Positions 1 to 9,134 of a stretch of DNA of 32,000 bases are shown here, piece after piece (position 1 is the first letter of the stretch; each line of letters starts with the position of its first letter). The stretch is taken from positions 26,953 through 58,952 of the forward strand of contig CAZPUN010000057.1 in NCBI GenBank assembly GCA_964589775.1, in the 5' to 3' direction. A program made the position numbers and the translations under genes. Below the pieces are notes generated by a model that saw nothing but the letters and a program-made list of their open reading frames with translations, was not told where the DNA came from and ran no database searches. The DNA comes from an uncultured archaeon (lineage in GTDB: Archaea; Asgardarchaeota; Thorarchaeia; Thorarchaeales; CAZPUN01).

Positions 1-95
1 ATCCAATAGAATTGCAGTGCTATTATTGCGATCATGAAATAAATGAACAAGATATAATTAAACAGTTTAGAGAAAGGGATACCGTATGGTCTTAG
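1..95 (+). CDS. pyrI: 3' end of aspartate carbamoyltransferase regulatory subunit (partial)
   Basis: Frame starting at nt 3 reads PIELQCYYCDHEINEQDIIKQF...*, matching the C-terminal zinc-binding LxCxYC(E/D) motif of PyrI. TAG at 93-95 overlaps the srp54 start. Not in the ORF track. Confidence 0.7.
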   Translation, partial: PIELQCYYCDHEINEQDIIKQFRERDTVWS

Positions 96-1423
96 ATAAC
101 TTAGGACGAGCACTCAATAATGCATTAAAGAAAGTATTAGGTGCATCTGTAGTAGATGAGAAATTAGTTAATGAATTAGTACGAGATCTACAGCGCGCAT
201 TATTGACTGCCGATGTTGAAGTTAGCTTAGTAATGAAAATATCAGAAGAGGTTAAGAAAAGAGCATTAGAACAAAAGCTTCCGAAGGGAATTTCCCGTAG
301 AGAACATGTCGTCAAGGTAGTATATGATAGTCTGGCTGAAATACTTGGAGAAAAACAGAAACAGCTCAATATCACACCGGGTCAATTCAATTTAATTATG
401 ATGATCGGTATTCAAGGTAGCGGAAAAACTACTACAGCCGCAAAACTTGCAAGATATTATCAGAAGAGAGGCCTTAAAGTAGGTTTAATTTGTGCGGATA
501 CATTCAGACCCGGTGCATATGAACAACTAAAGCAACTTGCAGAAAAAACAAACATTCCATTTTATGGCAATCCAAAAGAAAAGAATCCAGTAAAAATTGC
601 AAAGAAAGGAGTCGAGGAATTCAAGAAACAAAAATTAGAGCTTGTATTTTTGGATACGTCTGGAAGACATAAAGAAGAGAAAGGTCTCTTAAAAGAAATG
701 AAAGATATTGCAAAGGCAGTAAATCCGAAAGAGATCATACTTGTTATAGATGGTACATTAGGACAACAAGCATACGCTCAAGCTTCGGCATTTATGCAAG
801 CAACACCTATCGGCTCGATTATTGTTACAAAGTTAGATGGTTCAGCTAGAGGTGGTGGTGCGCTTTCAGCCGTTGCTGCAACTGGAGCCCCAATAAAATT
901 CATCGGTACAGGAGAAGACATAAACGAAATAGAGCCATTTGTACCAACGAAATTTGTTGGTAGACTATTAGGAATGGCAGATCTAAAGGGACTAATTGAA
1001 AAAGTCAGGGAAGCAGAAATCGAAACAGATGAGGAACTTGCAAAGGCATTTATGACAGGAAAATTCAATCTAAAAGACATGCTTAAACAGATGAAAGCAA
1101 TGCGAAAATTGGGTCCATTGGGTAAAGTTTTGGAAATGATGGGATTCAAATACCAGATATCTGATGCAGACAAAGCAGTTACTGAAGAACGCCTTAAGGC
1201 ATGGGAGAATATAATTCAGAGCATGACAAAGGAAGAAATGGAAGACCCTAAGAAGTTAAATCAATCGCGAATACTACGAATTGCAAAAGGGTCCGGACAC
1301 TCGCAAAGAGAAGTTAAGGACCTAATAAAACAATATGAATTAATGAAGAAAACAATTAAGAAAATTGGAAAACAAAGAGGACTACGATTACCCGGTATGC
1401 GAGTACCTAGAAAAATGCGATAG
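86..1423 (+). CDS. srp54: Signal recognition particle protein SRP54
   Basis: [23 protein letters not shown] and [14 protein letters not shown] motifs; Met-rich M domain with [11 protein letters not shown]. Confidence 0.98.
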   Translation: MVLDNLGRALNNALKKVLGASVVDEKLVNELVRDLQRALLTADVEVSLVMKISEEVKKRALEQKLPKGISRREHVVKVVYDSLAEILGEKQKQLNITPGQFNLIMMIGIQGSGKTTTAAKLARYYQKRGLKVGLICADTFRPGAYEQLKQLAEKTNIPFYGNPKEKNPVKIAKKGVEEFKKQKLELVFLDTSGRHKEEKGLLKEMKDIAKAVNPKEIILVIDGTLGQQAYAQASAFMQATPIGSIIVTKLDGSARGGGALSAVAATGAPIKFIGTGEDINEIEPFVPTKFVGRLLGMADLKGLIEKVREAEIETDEELAKAFMTGKFNLKDMLKQMKAMRKLGPLGKVLEMMGFKYQISDADKAVTEERLKAWENIIQSMTKEEMEDPKKLNQSRILRIAKGSGHSQREVKDLIKQYELMKKTIKKIGKQRGLRLPGMRVPRKMR

Positions 1424-1425
1424 GA

Positions 1426-1992
1426 TTGATTTCAATGGACTTTTTTCGCATGGGAATACTTACACCAGATCTTGAATACACAATCAAAGACATAAAAAAG
1501 ACAATACCTGATAGACTATCAAATATAGCGCGAGGAATTTCTTCAGCACTCTTTTTTTCAAATAATATAAGACAAAATGTAATTGCAGAAACCATTTTTG
1601 TAAAAGGAGACAATTGTATAGTCATACAATTCCATGGCGATAGATTAAGAAGAGTTTCACCTGATGAAAGATCAGTGAGCATGTTTCTGATTAAAGCAAA
1701 AAAACATGCAGAACAAAGCGAAAGAACAAATGGATGGTATAATGAGGGCATATCATTCCAGAAGACACTTTTTACTCAGTATATTCAAAATTTGCCAGAA
1801 GATTATGTTATAAATAAAAACGGCAAAATCAAAAAATATATTTCGCATACAATTCTTCATATTATAGATGGATTTAACGTAAATAAAATAAATAAAGGAC
1901 ATCAAATATCAAAATGTGAAATCAATAATCCAGCATATTTCTTCGCGATAATAAATTGGATAATTGATAGAAACTTTATGGATATAAGATAA
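1426..1992 (+). CDS. Divergent TrmY-like (tRNA pseudouridine54 N1-methyltransferase, SPOUT) protein
   Basis: RLSNIARGISSALFFSNNIRQNV, FHGDRLRRVSPDERS and C-terminal IINWIIDR resemble TrmY. The SAM-knot motifs look eroded. TTG start. Confidence 0.7.
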   Translation: MISMDFFRMGILTPDLEYTIKDIKKTIPDRLSNIARGISSALFFSNNIRQNVIAETIFVKGDNCIVIQFHGDRLRRVSPDERSVSMFLIKAKKHAEQSERTNGWYNEGISFQKTLFTQYIQNLPEDYVINKNGKIKKYISHTILHIIDGFNVNKINKGHQISKCEINNPAYFFAIINWIIDRNFMDIR

Positions 1993-2039
1993 TGTAAAAT
2001 CCTTTTCAACTGTATCATATAAAAACAGGTTGATGAAAT

Positions 2040-3209
2040 ATGCCCACGAATGTAAGTGCAGAATATTCAGCTCAACGTGAAAAATACGAAGCAGCCACCA
2101 CACTACAACAAAAAATCATTGAATTAGAGAAGCTTATTTCACTTGCGCCTTCCCATAAGGGCGCTGAGAATCTTCGGAGGGAACTACGAAGACAACTTGC
2201 AAAATTAAAATCTGAACTGGCGCGAAAGAAAGCAATGGAGAAACAATCCTCAGGCGCTGCCAAAGACGAGTTTAGTATTAAGAAAGAAGGCGCAGCACAA
2301 GTTTGTATCGTGGGTGCCACAAATTCAGGAAAAAGCACGTTAATAAATTCAATTACAAATGCCAAGATACCAATAGGCAATTTTGCATTTACAACCAGAG
2401 TTCCAACACCTGCAATGATGCCATATGAAGACGTACTGATACAACTAATTGAAATCCCAGCAGTTTTTGAAAATTCAACGGTAACTACAACAGGTAGGCG
2501 TTCAATGACTCTCGTCAGAAATACAGATTGTATATTAATCACAGTAGATCTATCAAACAATCCAGTTGAAACTGCTAGAATGGTTATAAAAGAGTTATAC
2601 AATGCGGATATTCGATTAAATCAAGAAAAGCCCCCAGTTGTAATAGAACGTGTTGGCGGTGGGGGAATCCAAATATTTGGTGAAAGTAAATTTCAAGAGG
2701 ATATTTCAGTCGTAAAAGAATACCTAAAAGATTCAAAAATTCACAATATCGTAATTCGTTTTGAAAAACCAACTACATTTCAACAATTCGTTGATGCATT
2801 AGATGCCAGTATTGTTTATAAAAAAGGATTAATTGTTGGAACCAAAGGGGATTTACCTGGCTCTGCAGAAGGATTTGAAGCATTAAAGAAAGAATTTGGA
2901 GACCAGTTTAAAATAGTACCAATATCAGCACTAATGAACAAAAATTTGGATGTACTTAAGAAAGCAATCTATGATACATTGGATATAATTCGAGTATATA
3001 CAAGAAGCCATGGTGGAAAAATAGCAGATCAACCATTAGTTTTGAAAAAGGGTGCAACAATCGAAGATGCGGCTAGAAAGATACACAAGCATTTTGTAGA
3101 GAATTTTAAAATGGCAATAGTATTCCGAGAAACGGATAAGGTAAAAAGAAAACAAGTCGGTTTAGCATATCCATTACAAGAAGGAGATATAATTCAGATT
3201 TATGCATAG
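2040..3209 (+). CDS. DRG/OBG-family GTPase with C-terminal TGS domain
   Basis: G1 GATNSGKST, FAFTT, TKGD, IIRVYT...IHKHF TGS domain; MPTN-type N-terminus of archaeal DRG paralogues. Confidence 0.93.
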   Translation: MPTNVSAEYSAQREKYEAATTLQQKIIELEKLISLAPSHKGAENLRRELRRQLAKLKSELARKKAMEKQSSGAAKDEFSIKKEGAAQVCIVGATNSGKSTLINSITNAKIPIGNFAFTTRVPTPAMMPYEDVLIQLIEIPAVFENSTVTTTGRRSMTLVRNTDCILITVDLSNNPVETARMVIKELYNADIRLNQEKPPVVIERVGGGGIQIFGESKFQEDISVVKEYLKDSKIHNIVIRFEKPTTFQQFVDALDASIVYKKGLIVGTKGDLPGSAEGFEALKKEFGDQFKIVPISALMNKNLDVLKKAIYDTLDIIRVYTRSHGGKIADQPLVLKKGATIEDAARKIHKHFVENFKMAIVFRETDKVKRKQVGLAYPLQEGDIIQIYA

Positions 3210-3223
3210 GACAGGATACAATT

Positions 3224-3952
3224 ATGATTATGAATAATTTAGGAAATCTAACAATCATATTAGTTGAGCCAGAACATCAGGGGAATATAGGCGCCATAGC
3301 AAGAGTAATGAAAAATTTTGGCGTAAAAAAATTAGTAATCGTAGGAACCCCAATAGATCCTATTGGTGAAGCGTATCCTAGAGCAATGCATGCAAGAGAT
3401 ATTTTAGACAATGCCAAAATTGTAGAAACCCTGGATGAAGCATTAGAGAATATCGATTTGGCAATAGGTACGACTGCAAAGACTGGATTTAACTATTCAA
3501 CAGAACGTGTCCCAATGCCCTTATCGCATCTACCAAATCCTGAAGAATATGAAGGAAATATTGCCCTTGTATTTGGAAGAGAAAGCTTGGGTTTGAAAAA
3601 TGAAGAAATTATAAAGTGTGATTATTCAGTAATAATCCCGACACATCCAGAATATCCAACTATGAATATCAGTCATGCTGTTTCTGTAATACTATTTTAT
3701 TTGTACACACGAGAAAAAACCCAACGCATAAAACCAAAATTAGCAAACAGAACCGAAAAGGAATACTTATTTAATTTTTATAAAAAAACAATAGATTGCT
3801 TAGAAATATTAGACTTCAGAAAGCCCATTGCAATTCAAACATTTAAAAATTTGATAGGTAGAGCAGGACTTACAGGACGTGAAGCTACAACATTAATTGG
3901 GATATTTAGGCATATTTCAGAAATAGTATGCAACAAGAGAGAAAATAAATAA
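3224..3952 (+). CDS. trmJ: TrmJ/TrmH-family tRNA 2'-O-methyltransferase
   Basis: LVEPEHQGNIGAIARVMKNFG, LVFGRESLGL and YPTMNISHAV SPOUT motifs. Confidence 0.92.
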   Translation: MIMNNLGNLTIILVEPEHQGNIGAIARVMKNFGVKKLVIVGTPIDPIGEAYPRAMHARDILDNAKIVETLDEALENIDLAIGTTAKTGFNYSTERVPMPLSHLPNPEEYEGNIALVFGRESLGLKNEEIIKCDYSVIIPTHPEYPTMNISHAVSVILFYLYTREKTQRIKPKLANRTEKEYLFNFYKKTIDCLEILDFRKPIAIQTFKNLIGRAGLTGREATTLIGIFRHISEIVCNKRENK

Positions 3953-3956
3953 GGCA

Positions 3957-4496
3957 TCATGCGATGCCCAACTTTTGACGCAGAGATGGATCTGCAACAT
4001 AGTCAACCACAATTCGGGTTGGAGTACTAAATTTGTATGATGCTCTCTTTAATGCCAGTTTTGCAGCTTCAATATGAGGCGCATTTACCTGCACTGTAAT
4101 CAAAGGCTGATTGGGACGAATTCGTGCAGCACGATCTACAGACTTGCCAAATGCACGACGCATTCCATCTTGGACACGGTCTGCACCTGCACCAGTAATC
4201 ATTTTGTTTTCTCGTAATATGTGATGTGGATGTGGTCTAATAATTAAGTGAAACTTGTCTTTTCCAGCCTTTTGAACAAGTACACGGTTTGATGTAATAC
4301 GTGCCGCCTCAAGAGAAGTATGCCTAATTTGACATTTCTCAAGCGCAATCAATGATAATTGTATCTCAAACTTTGCCTTTCGATTACCCATATCAAATAT
4401 GGTAATCCTACTACCGGGTTGTCGATGAATATACTCTTTCCGGGTAAATGGCGGATGTTTTTGATATCGATAGCAATGTCCTGGACGCTTTCCCAT
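3957..4496 (-). CDS. rpl10e: 50S ribosomal protein L10e (uL16)
   Basis: MGKRPGHCYR, LEAARI, LRENKMITGAGADRVQDGMRRAFGK. Start moved to ATG 4496. Confidence 0.97.
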   Translation of the reverse strand: MGKRPGHCYRYQKHPPFTRKEYIHRQPGSRITIFDMGNRKAKFEIQLSLIALEKCQIRHTSLEAARITSNRVLVQKAGKDKFHLIIRPHPHHILRENKMITGAGADRVQDGMRRAFGKSVDRAARIRPNQPLITVQVNAPHIEAAKLALKRASYKFSTPTRIVVDYVADPSLRQKLGIA

Positions 4497-4578
4497 TGTT
4501 AATATCCCCTTTATAGGGTTATATAATCTATCAATTAGATAGACTCTTTTTTTATAAGGCATTCGGTTTACACAAATT

Positions 4579-5508
4579 CTATTTTTTTAATCTTTGGTAA
4601 GCCGCAGCTAAAATTATCGGGAATAATGCGGTTACATCACCAACTACTGTTTCAAATCTTGCGGATGTTCTTAGTTTTTGCCAAGAAATACCTTCATTAA
4701 GTGGCGTTCCACTTAAACTACCAGTTTCAGGACGATCCATTGTTATTTGAATAGCGTAATCAAGACCATCACGTAAGATATTTGCACCCATCGTATAATG
4801 TTTAGTTAAACCACCGCCTAGAATTATCGCCCCAGTCTTTTTTACTTCAAAGATTAAATCACTAAGATATTGCATGTCTTTTACAAAATCAAGATTCATT
4901 TTTCCAAATTGATTATATGTCCATATGTGGAAGCCGATCATAGAATCCAACAAGCCGGGCGAAAATATTTTTACATTATGCAAATAGGCCTGTCGAATTA
5001 TTGAATTCTCATCCGAAAGTTGTTCGCCTAATTTATACATCAGTTCACTTGGAGTTAAAGAGGAAATACCATCATCTGAAAGTTTATCAAAGAAATTATG
5101 CAGATTTGTCTCTAAAGTTTCAAAATGTTCATTTTTCGTAAAAATATCGCCGATTCGACCAATACCTTCTTCTCTAAGCTTAGGATCATAACTATTCATA
5201 GAACCAATGATGTGATAACCACCCCATGCTTCTAAAAGATCATGAACAAGATTTGCTCCGCTAGTAATGATCACATCAACAAAACCATCACGAATCATAT
5301 CAGCAAAAAGATACCGCATACCACCTGGAACTAAAGGACCAGATATCGCAAGAAATGTAAAGATATCGGGATCTTCCAAAATCTTTGTTAGAATTGAAGT
5401 TGCGCGACCAAGTCTACCTGCACCGAGAACGCCAGCAGATTCCATTTTAAACATCAAATCTGAGATAGTTGTGTTTTCATCAATTCTAATGTGCTTCACT
5501 TTTTCCAT
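4579..5508 (-). CDS. dys: Deoxyhypusine synthase
   Basis: IILGGGLTKH, YAIQITMDRPETGSLSG and EGISWQK (catalytic Lys retained). Confidence 0.93.
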   Translation of the reverse strand: MEKVKHIRIDENTTISDLMFKMESAGVLGAGRLGRATSILTKILEDPDIFTFLAISGPLVPGGMRYLFADMIRDGFVDVIITSGANLVHDLLEAWGGYHIIGSMNSYDPKLREEGIGRIGDIFTKNEHFETLETNLHNFFDKLSDDGISSLTPSELMYKLGEQLSDENSIIRQAYLHNVKIFSPGLLDSMIGFHIWTYNQFGKMNLDFVKDMQYLSDLIFEVKKTGAIILGGGLTKHYTMGANILRDGLDYAIQITMDRPETGSLSGTPLNEGISWQKLRTSARFETVVGDVTALFPIILAAAYQRLKK

Positions 5509-5640
5509 TAAAAATCACCAGACATATTTTGCACATAATTGCAGATTACGTTTACAAATAAAAAATCTCTTAAACGTATATCTAAGAAAAATCTTATAAC
5601 ATACAAAAGAAATCTGAACGATAGAATAAAATATTAAGAG

Positions 5641-5907
5641 ATGATGACCTTGAAAGGCATTATAACATCATATAGACGAAGTAAACGAGACCAGAAACCA
5701 AATCAAATGTTAGTCCAAATTGAAGGAATTACATCTAGAAATGAAGCAGCACAATTGGCCGGAAGAAAGGTCATCTGGATGACTGAAACAGGTAAAGAAT
5801 TTGTTGGCAAAATAACTGCACCACATGGTGGAAAGGGCATAGTAAGAGTTAGATTCAAGAAAGGACTTCCGGGCACAGCTATTGGTACAGATGTAATTAT
5901 TAAATAA
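5641..5907 (+). CDS. rpl35ae: 50S ribosomal protein L35Ae (eL33)
   Basis: GIITSYRRS, GKITAPHGGKGIVRVRFKKGLPG. Confidence 0.96.
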   Translation: MMTLKGIITSYRRSKRDQKPNQMLVQIEGITSRNEAAQLAGRKVIWMTETGKEFVGKITAPHGGKGIVRVRFKKGLPGTAIGTDVIIK

Positions 5908-5920
5908 ACTTCATTATTTA

Positions 5921-5950
5921 TGGTTGGTGGCTATGAGCTGGCCCCAACCA
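5921..5950 (+). other. GC-rich hairpin downstream of rpl35ae (terminator or processing signal)
   Basis: TGGTTGG...CCAACCA outer stem with an inner GGCTA/TGGCC stem, in AT-rich intergenic DNA. Confidence 0.5.
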
Positions 5951-5983
5951 AAAACATATCTATGAATTTTCATAAACTTTTTT

Positions 5984-6050
5984 TGAGCTCCAATGATTAC
6001 AAATGGCTAACTGATCTTGATGATGAGTCATAGTTAAAATGAGGAGCTCA
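5984..6050 (+). ncRNA. C/D box guide sRNA
   Basis: 8-bp terminal stem TGAGCTCC/GGAGCTCA; box C ATGATTA 5993-5999; D' CTGA 6011-6014; C' TTGATGA 6017-6023; D ATGA 6039-6042. D guide GAGTCATAGTTA is complementary to LSU rRNA helix 69 UAACUAUGACUC. Confidence 0.82.
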
Positions 6051-6105
6051 CTTCCCAAAATTTTAATATGCAATTAAAAAAACTACAGATTTGAGGCAGG
6101 TCATA

Positions 6106-7500
6106 ATGTCAGACTTAAAAAAGCAATTTGAAAAGTTCTTCTATCCGAAATCGATTGCAGTAGTAGGTGCATCAGAAAAGGCAGGAAAAATTGGTGCGGA
6201 AATTTTCAGAAACTTAGCATTTTATGATTATGAATACAAAGATAGAGTTTATCCAGTTAATCCAAAACATGAAAAAATTATGGGCATAAAGGCATATCCA
6301 AGAATAGAGGATATTCCTGATGAAGTAGATCTTGCGGTTGTATCCATAGGTGCAAAATTCATACCGGATCTCGTTGAATCATGTGGAAAGAAAGGGATCA
6401 AAAATATGGTAATTGTATCGGGCGGATTCAAAGAATTAGGCACTGAAGAAGGGAAAGAATACGAACAAAGAATGATTGAAAATGCAAAGAAATATGGCGT
6501 TCGGTTAATAGGACCAAATTGTATAGGAGTCCTGAACGCAGAAATAGGATTAGATACATTTTTCCAAAGTCATGAGCACATGATTCGCCCTAAGCCTGGA
6601 AATATTGCATTTCTCACACAATCAGGAACCTTCGGATGCAGCTTTTTAGAATGGGCAGCTGAAAGCCCAGTAGGAATAAGTAAATTTGTATCCTATGGAA
6701 ATAGAAGCGATGTAGATGAAGCAGATCTAATTACGTATTTAGACCAGGACGAAAAAACGAAAGTTATAGCAATTTATATGGAAGGACTGTCAGACGGCAG
6801 AAAATTCATGAATGCTGCGAAGAAAATAACAAAACATAAGCCAATCGTAGTACTAAAAGCAGGAAGATCCAAAGCGGGTGCTAAAGCAGCAGTTAGTCAT
6901 ACAGGATGGCTCGGGGGTTCTGAAAAAATTTATGATGCTGCATTCAAACAATCCGGAATAATTCGAGTTAACAATTTTGAGGAATTATTTGATGCATCAA
7001 AAGCAATATCTATGCAAAATTATGCTAAAGGACCTAGAATTGGGTTAGTATCAAATGGTGCAGGACCCATGATAATGGCTATTGATGAAATTGAACGTAG
7101 AAACTTAGAGTTACCCTCATTATCAGAAAATATAGAAAAAGAACTCAAAGAGAAATTACCACCATTTTACATCGTGCATAATCCAGTCGATATTACAGGC
7201 TCAGCTACTCCTAGAGATTACGAAATCGTTTTAGAACATTTAGCAAAAGACCCGAACATAGATATATTGATGCCATTTTTTGTATTCCAGAATACACTAA
7301 TTGATGAGAGTATCGTTGATGTAATGGAGAAGATCAACAAATTGGGTAAGCCCGTAGTGGGCGGCGCAGCAGGTGGTCCATATACCAAGAAGATCTCAGA
7401 AGCAATTGAATCTGTAGGAGTCCCAATGTACCCAATTGCAGAACGAGTTGTTGCAGCAGCACATGCATTATATATAAACGGTCGAAATTTAAACAAATGA
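6106..7500 (+). CDS. acdA: ADP-forming acyl-CoA synthetase (ACD) alpha subunit, paralogue 1
   Basis: FFYPKSIAVVGAS, RLIGPNCIG, QSG, phospho-His SHTG, NPVD. ATG 6106 preferred over TTG 6091. Confidence 0.93.
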   Translation: MSDLKKQFEKFFYPKSIAVVGASEKAGKIGAEIFRNLAFYDYEYKDRVYPVNPKHEKIMGIKAYPRIEDIPDEVDLAVVSIGAKFIPDLVESCGKKGIKNMVIVSGGFKELGTEEGKEYEQRMIENAKKYGVRLIGPNCIGVLNAEIGLDTFFQSHEHMIRPKPGNIAFLTQSGTFGCSFLEWAAESPVGISKFVSYGNRSDVDEADLITYLDQDEKTKVIAIYMEGLSDGRKFMNAAKKITKHKPIVVLKAGRSKAGAKAAVSHTGWLGGSEKIYDAAFKQSGIIRVNNFEELFDASKAISMQNYAKGPRIGLVSNGAGPMIMAIDEIERRNLELPSLSENIEKELKEKLPPFYIVHNPVDITGSATPRDYEIVLEHLAKDPNIDILMPFFVFQNTLIDESIVDVMEKINKLGKPVVGGAAGGPYTKKISEAIESVGVPMYPIAERVVAAAHALYINGRNLNK

Positions 7501-7510
7501 GGCATAATTT

Positions 7511-8044
7511 ATGAATTTCATAATTCTTCTCTTTTTTTCCATTGCAGGATTTTTGCTAAAGTTTGGTGATGACTTGATTGACGTTCATCATAGAGGAGAA
7601 ATTGCAAACATACCATTAATAATAACAGCGATTCTATTGGGACTATTAATTGCTATTTCAAATGATTCTGCAGCAATTGTTATTAGCATAATATTAGGTG
7701 TTTTATTTTCATCTAAGATCGATAGTTATCAATACATTATTGGTGTAGCTATAATTATTGCAACACCGGTCATTGTAGGATTATACTATGAACCAATTCT
7801 TCCAAGAATAATCCTGCTACTTTTAATATTAACAGCAATGGGTATACTAGATGAAAAAGGCGATTCAATTAGTGAAAAAGAAAATAAATGGTATATTTTA
7901 CAATATAGACCGTTCATGAAGATATCAGTGATTATTCTAGCGGTTTTAAATTTATTATATTGGGATGTAGCTTTAGGATTTTTATTATTCGATACATTTT
8001 ATATCTTAGCATCAAAACTTACAACACAAGCTTATGCAAAATAA
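7511..8044 (+). CDS. Polytopic membrane protein of unknown function
   Basis: About 6 hydrophobic segments; polar motifs KFGDDLID, KID, LDEKGD, YRPFMK. Co-oriented 10 nt after acdA. Confidence 0.75.
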   Translation: MNFIILLFFSIAGFLLKFGDDLIDVHHRGEIANIPLIITAILLGLLIAISNDSAAIVISIILGVLFSSKIDSYQYIIGVAIIIATPVIVGLYYEPILPRIILLLLILTAMGILDEKGDSISEKENKWYILQYRPFMKISVIILAVLNLLYWDVALGFLLFDTFYILASKLTTQAYAK

Positions 8045-9038
8045 TATCCTTTTGAACAACACTACAACAAATATCACGATATATCGGTTTTAGCCCCTTT
8101 TTAATAGCATAATCAACTCCTTCTTGACTTGGATATACAAGACCATTAATCCCGGAATCTATTGCAATTTTGTCTGTTTCAATTTTATGAGAGCCCATAG
8201 GCCTAGCACATCCAATATTTATAGGAATTAATGGAAACAATACGCGAGCTGCTGAAACCAAGCGACCTACAAGAGATGGAGGAGGCGATTGTACATTTGC
8301 CATAGGGGTATTACGTAATGGAATCAATATAATAAAGACCAATGCAGCAATAGTATATTTCACTAATTCTTGTAATGCCAACCATTCACCCTTCACGTGT
8401 CCGTAATTAAGCCCTATGAGGATATGCGGGGTGACAGGTATCGAGAATTCATTAAACATTTCAATTGCATTGTAAATATCATTTGGAGTGCGATGCAAAT
8501 GGTAAACATTATGCATTGTTTCAATATCGCCAATAACATCGATCATAACAGAATCAACTTCAGATTCATGCAAGCCTTCAACAATTTCGCGGGTAGGAAT
8601 TCCTGTATGAACAGTAATTGTAAGATCTAAATCATACTTTATTTTCTTAATTATTGGAAGAAACGGCTCGAGAGGGACTCTACCATCAGATAGAGCGCCA
8701 CCACTTATTAAAATACCATAGCCTTCATGCGATACTATCTGTTTTGCTAAGTCATAAAGAGACTCAGGAGTCAATGTATGGTTCATAGAATGCAGCATCG
8801 TACCCATACAATGGTCACAATTTAGAGCGCATCCATTTCCCGTAATACTAGTCGATACAAATTTATAAAAATTAGAGGGCTTGTGAGACGGAATTTTATA
8901 TGGATACATCGTAGGAAAATAAAGATGCAAATAATCATTATAATTTGACTTTCGAATACGAAATGCCTCTTTTCGCAATTTTTCAAGTTCAAAAATATCC
9001 TTAGATTGTGCATATTCAATTATTTTATTAATATTCAC
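8019..9038 (-). CDS. Radical SAM protein, LipS1-type archaeal lipoyl synthase subunit
   Basis: CALNCDHC (CX3CX2C), GILISGG, plus GCARP and a C-terminal CC motif as described for Thermococcus LipS1. Confidence 0.8.
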   Translation of the reverse strand: MNINKIIEYAQSKDIFELEKLRKEAFRIRKSNYNDYLHLYFPTMYPYKIPSHKPSNFYKFVSTSITGNGCALNCDHCMGTMLHSMNHTLTPESLYDLAKQIVSHEGYGILISGGALSDGRVPLEPFLPIIKKIKYDLDLTITVHTGIPTREIVEGLHESEVDSVMIDVIGDIETMHNVYHLHRTPNDIYNAIEMFNEFSIPVTPHILIGLNYGHVKGEWLALQELVKYTIAALVFIILIPLRNTPMANVQSPPPSLVGRLVSAARVLFPLIPINIGCARPMGSHKIETDKIAIDSGINGLVYPSQEGVDYAIKKGLKPIYRDICCSVVQKDIILHKLVL

Positions 9039-9134
9039 GTATATATCACCTAATAATTAACGATAAACCGAAGCTTTAATTAATAATCAAATGTGCAAAA
9101 ATAAGTGTTAATAAATTTATAAGAGGGACGCAAT

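Noticed and set aside
4497-4562. 22-aa N-terminal extension of L10e in the ORF track
   Set aside because: Homology begins at MGKRP, which has a GGGGA ribosome-binding site; the extension covers promoter-like AT-rich DNA.
5921-5950. Hairpin containing ATGA considered as a SECIS element
   Set aside because: Too short, no opposing GA quartet, and no in-frame TGA in neighbouring genes.
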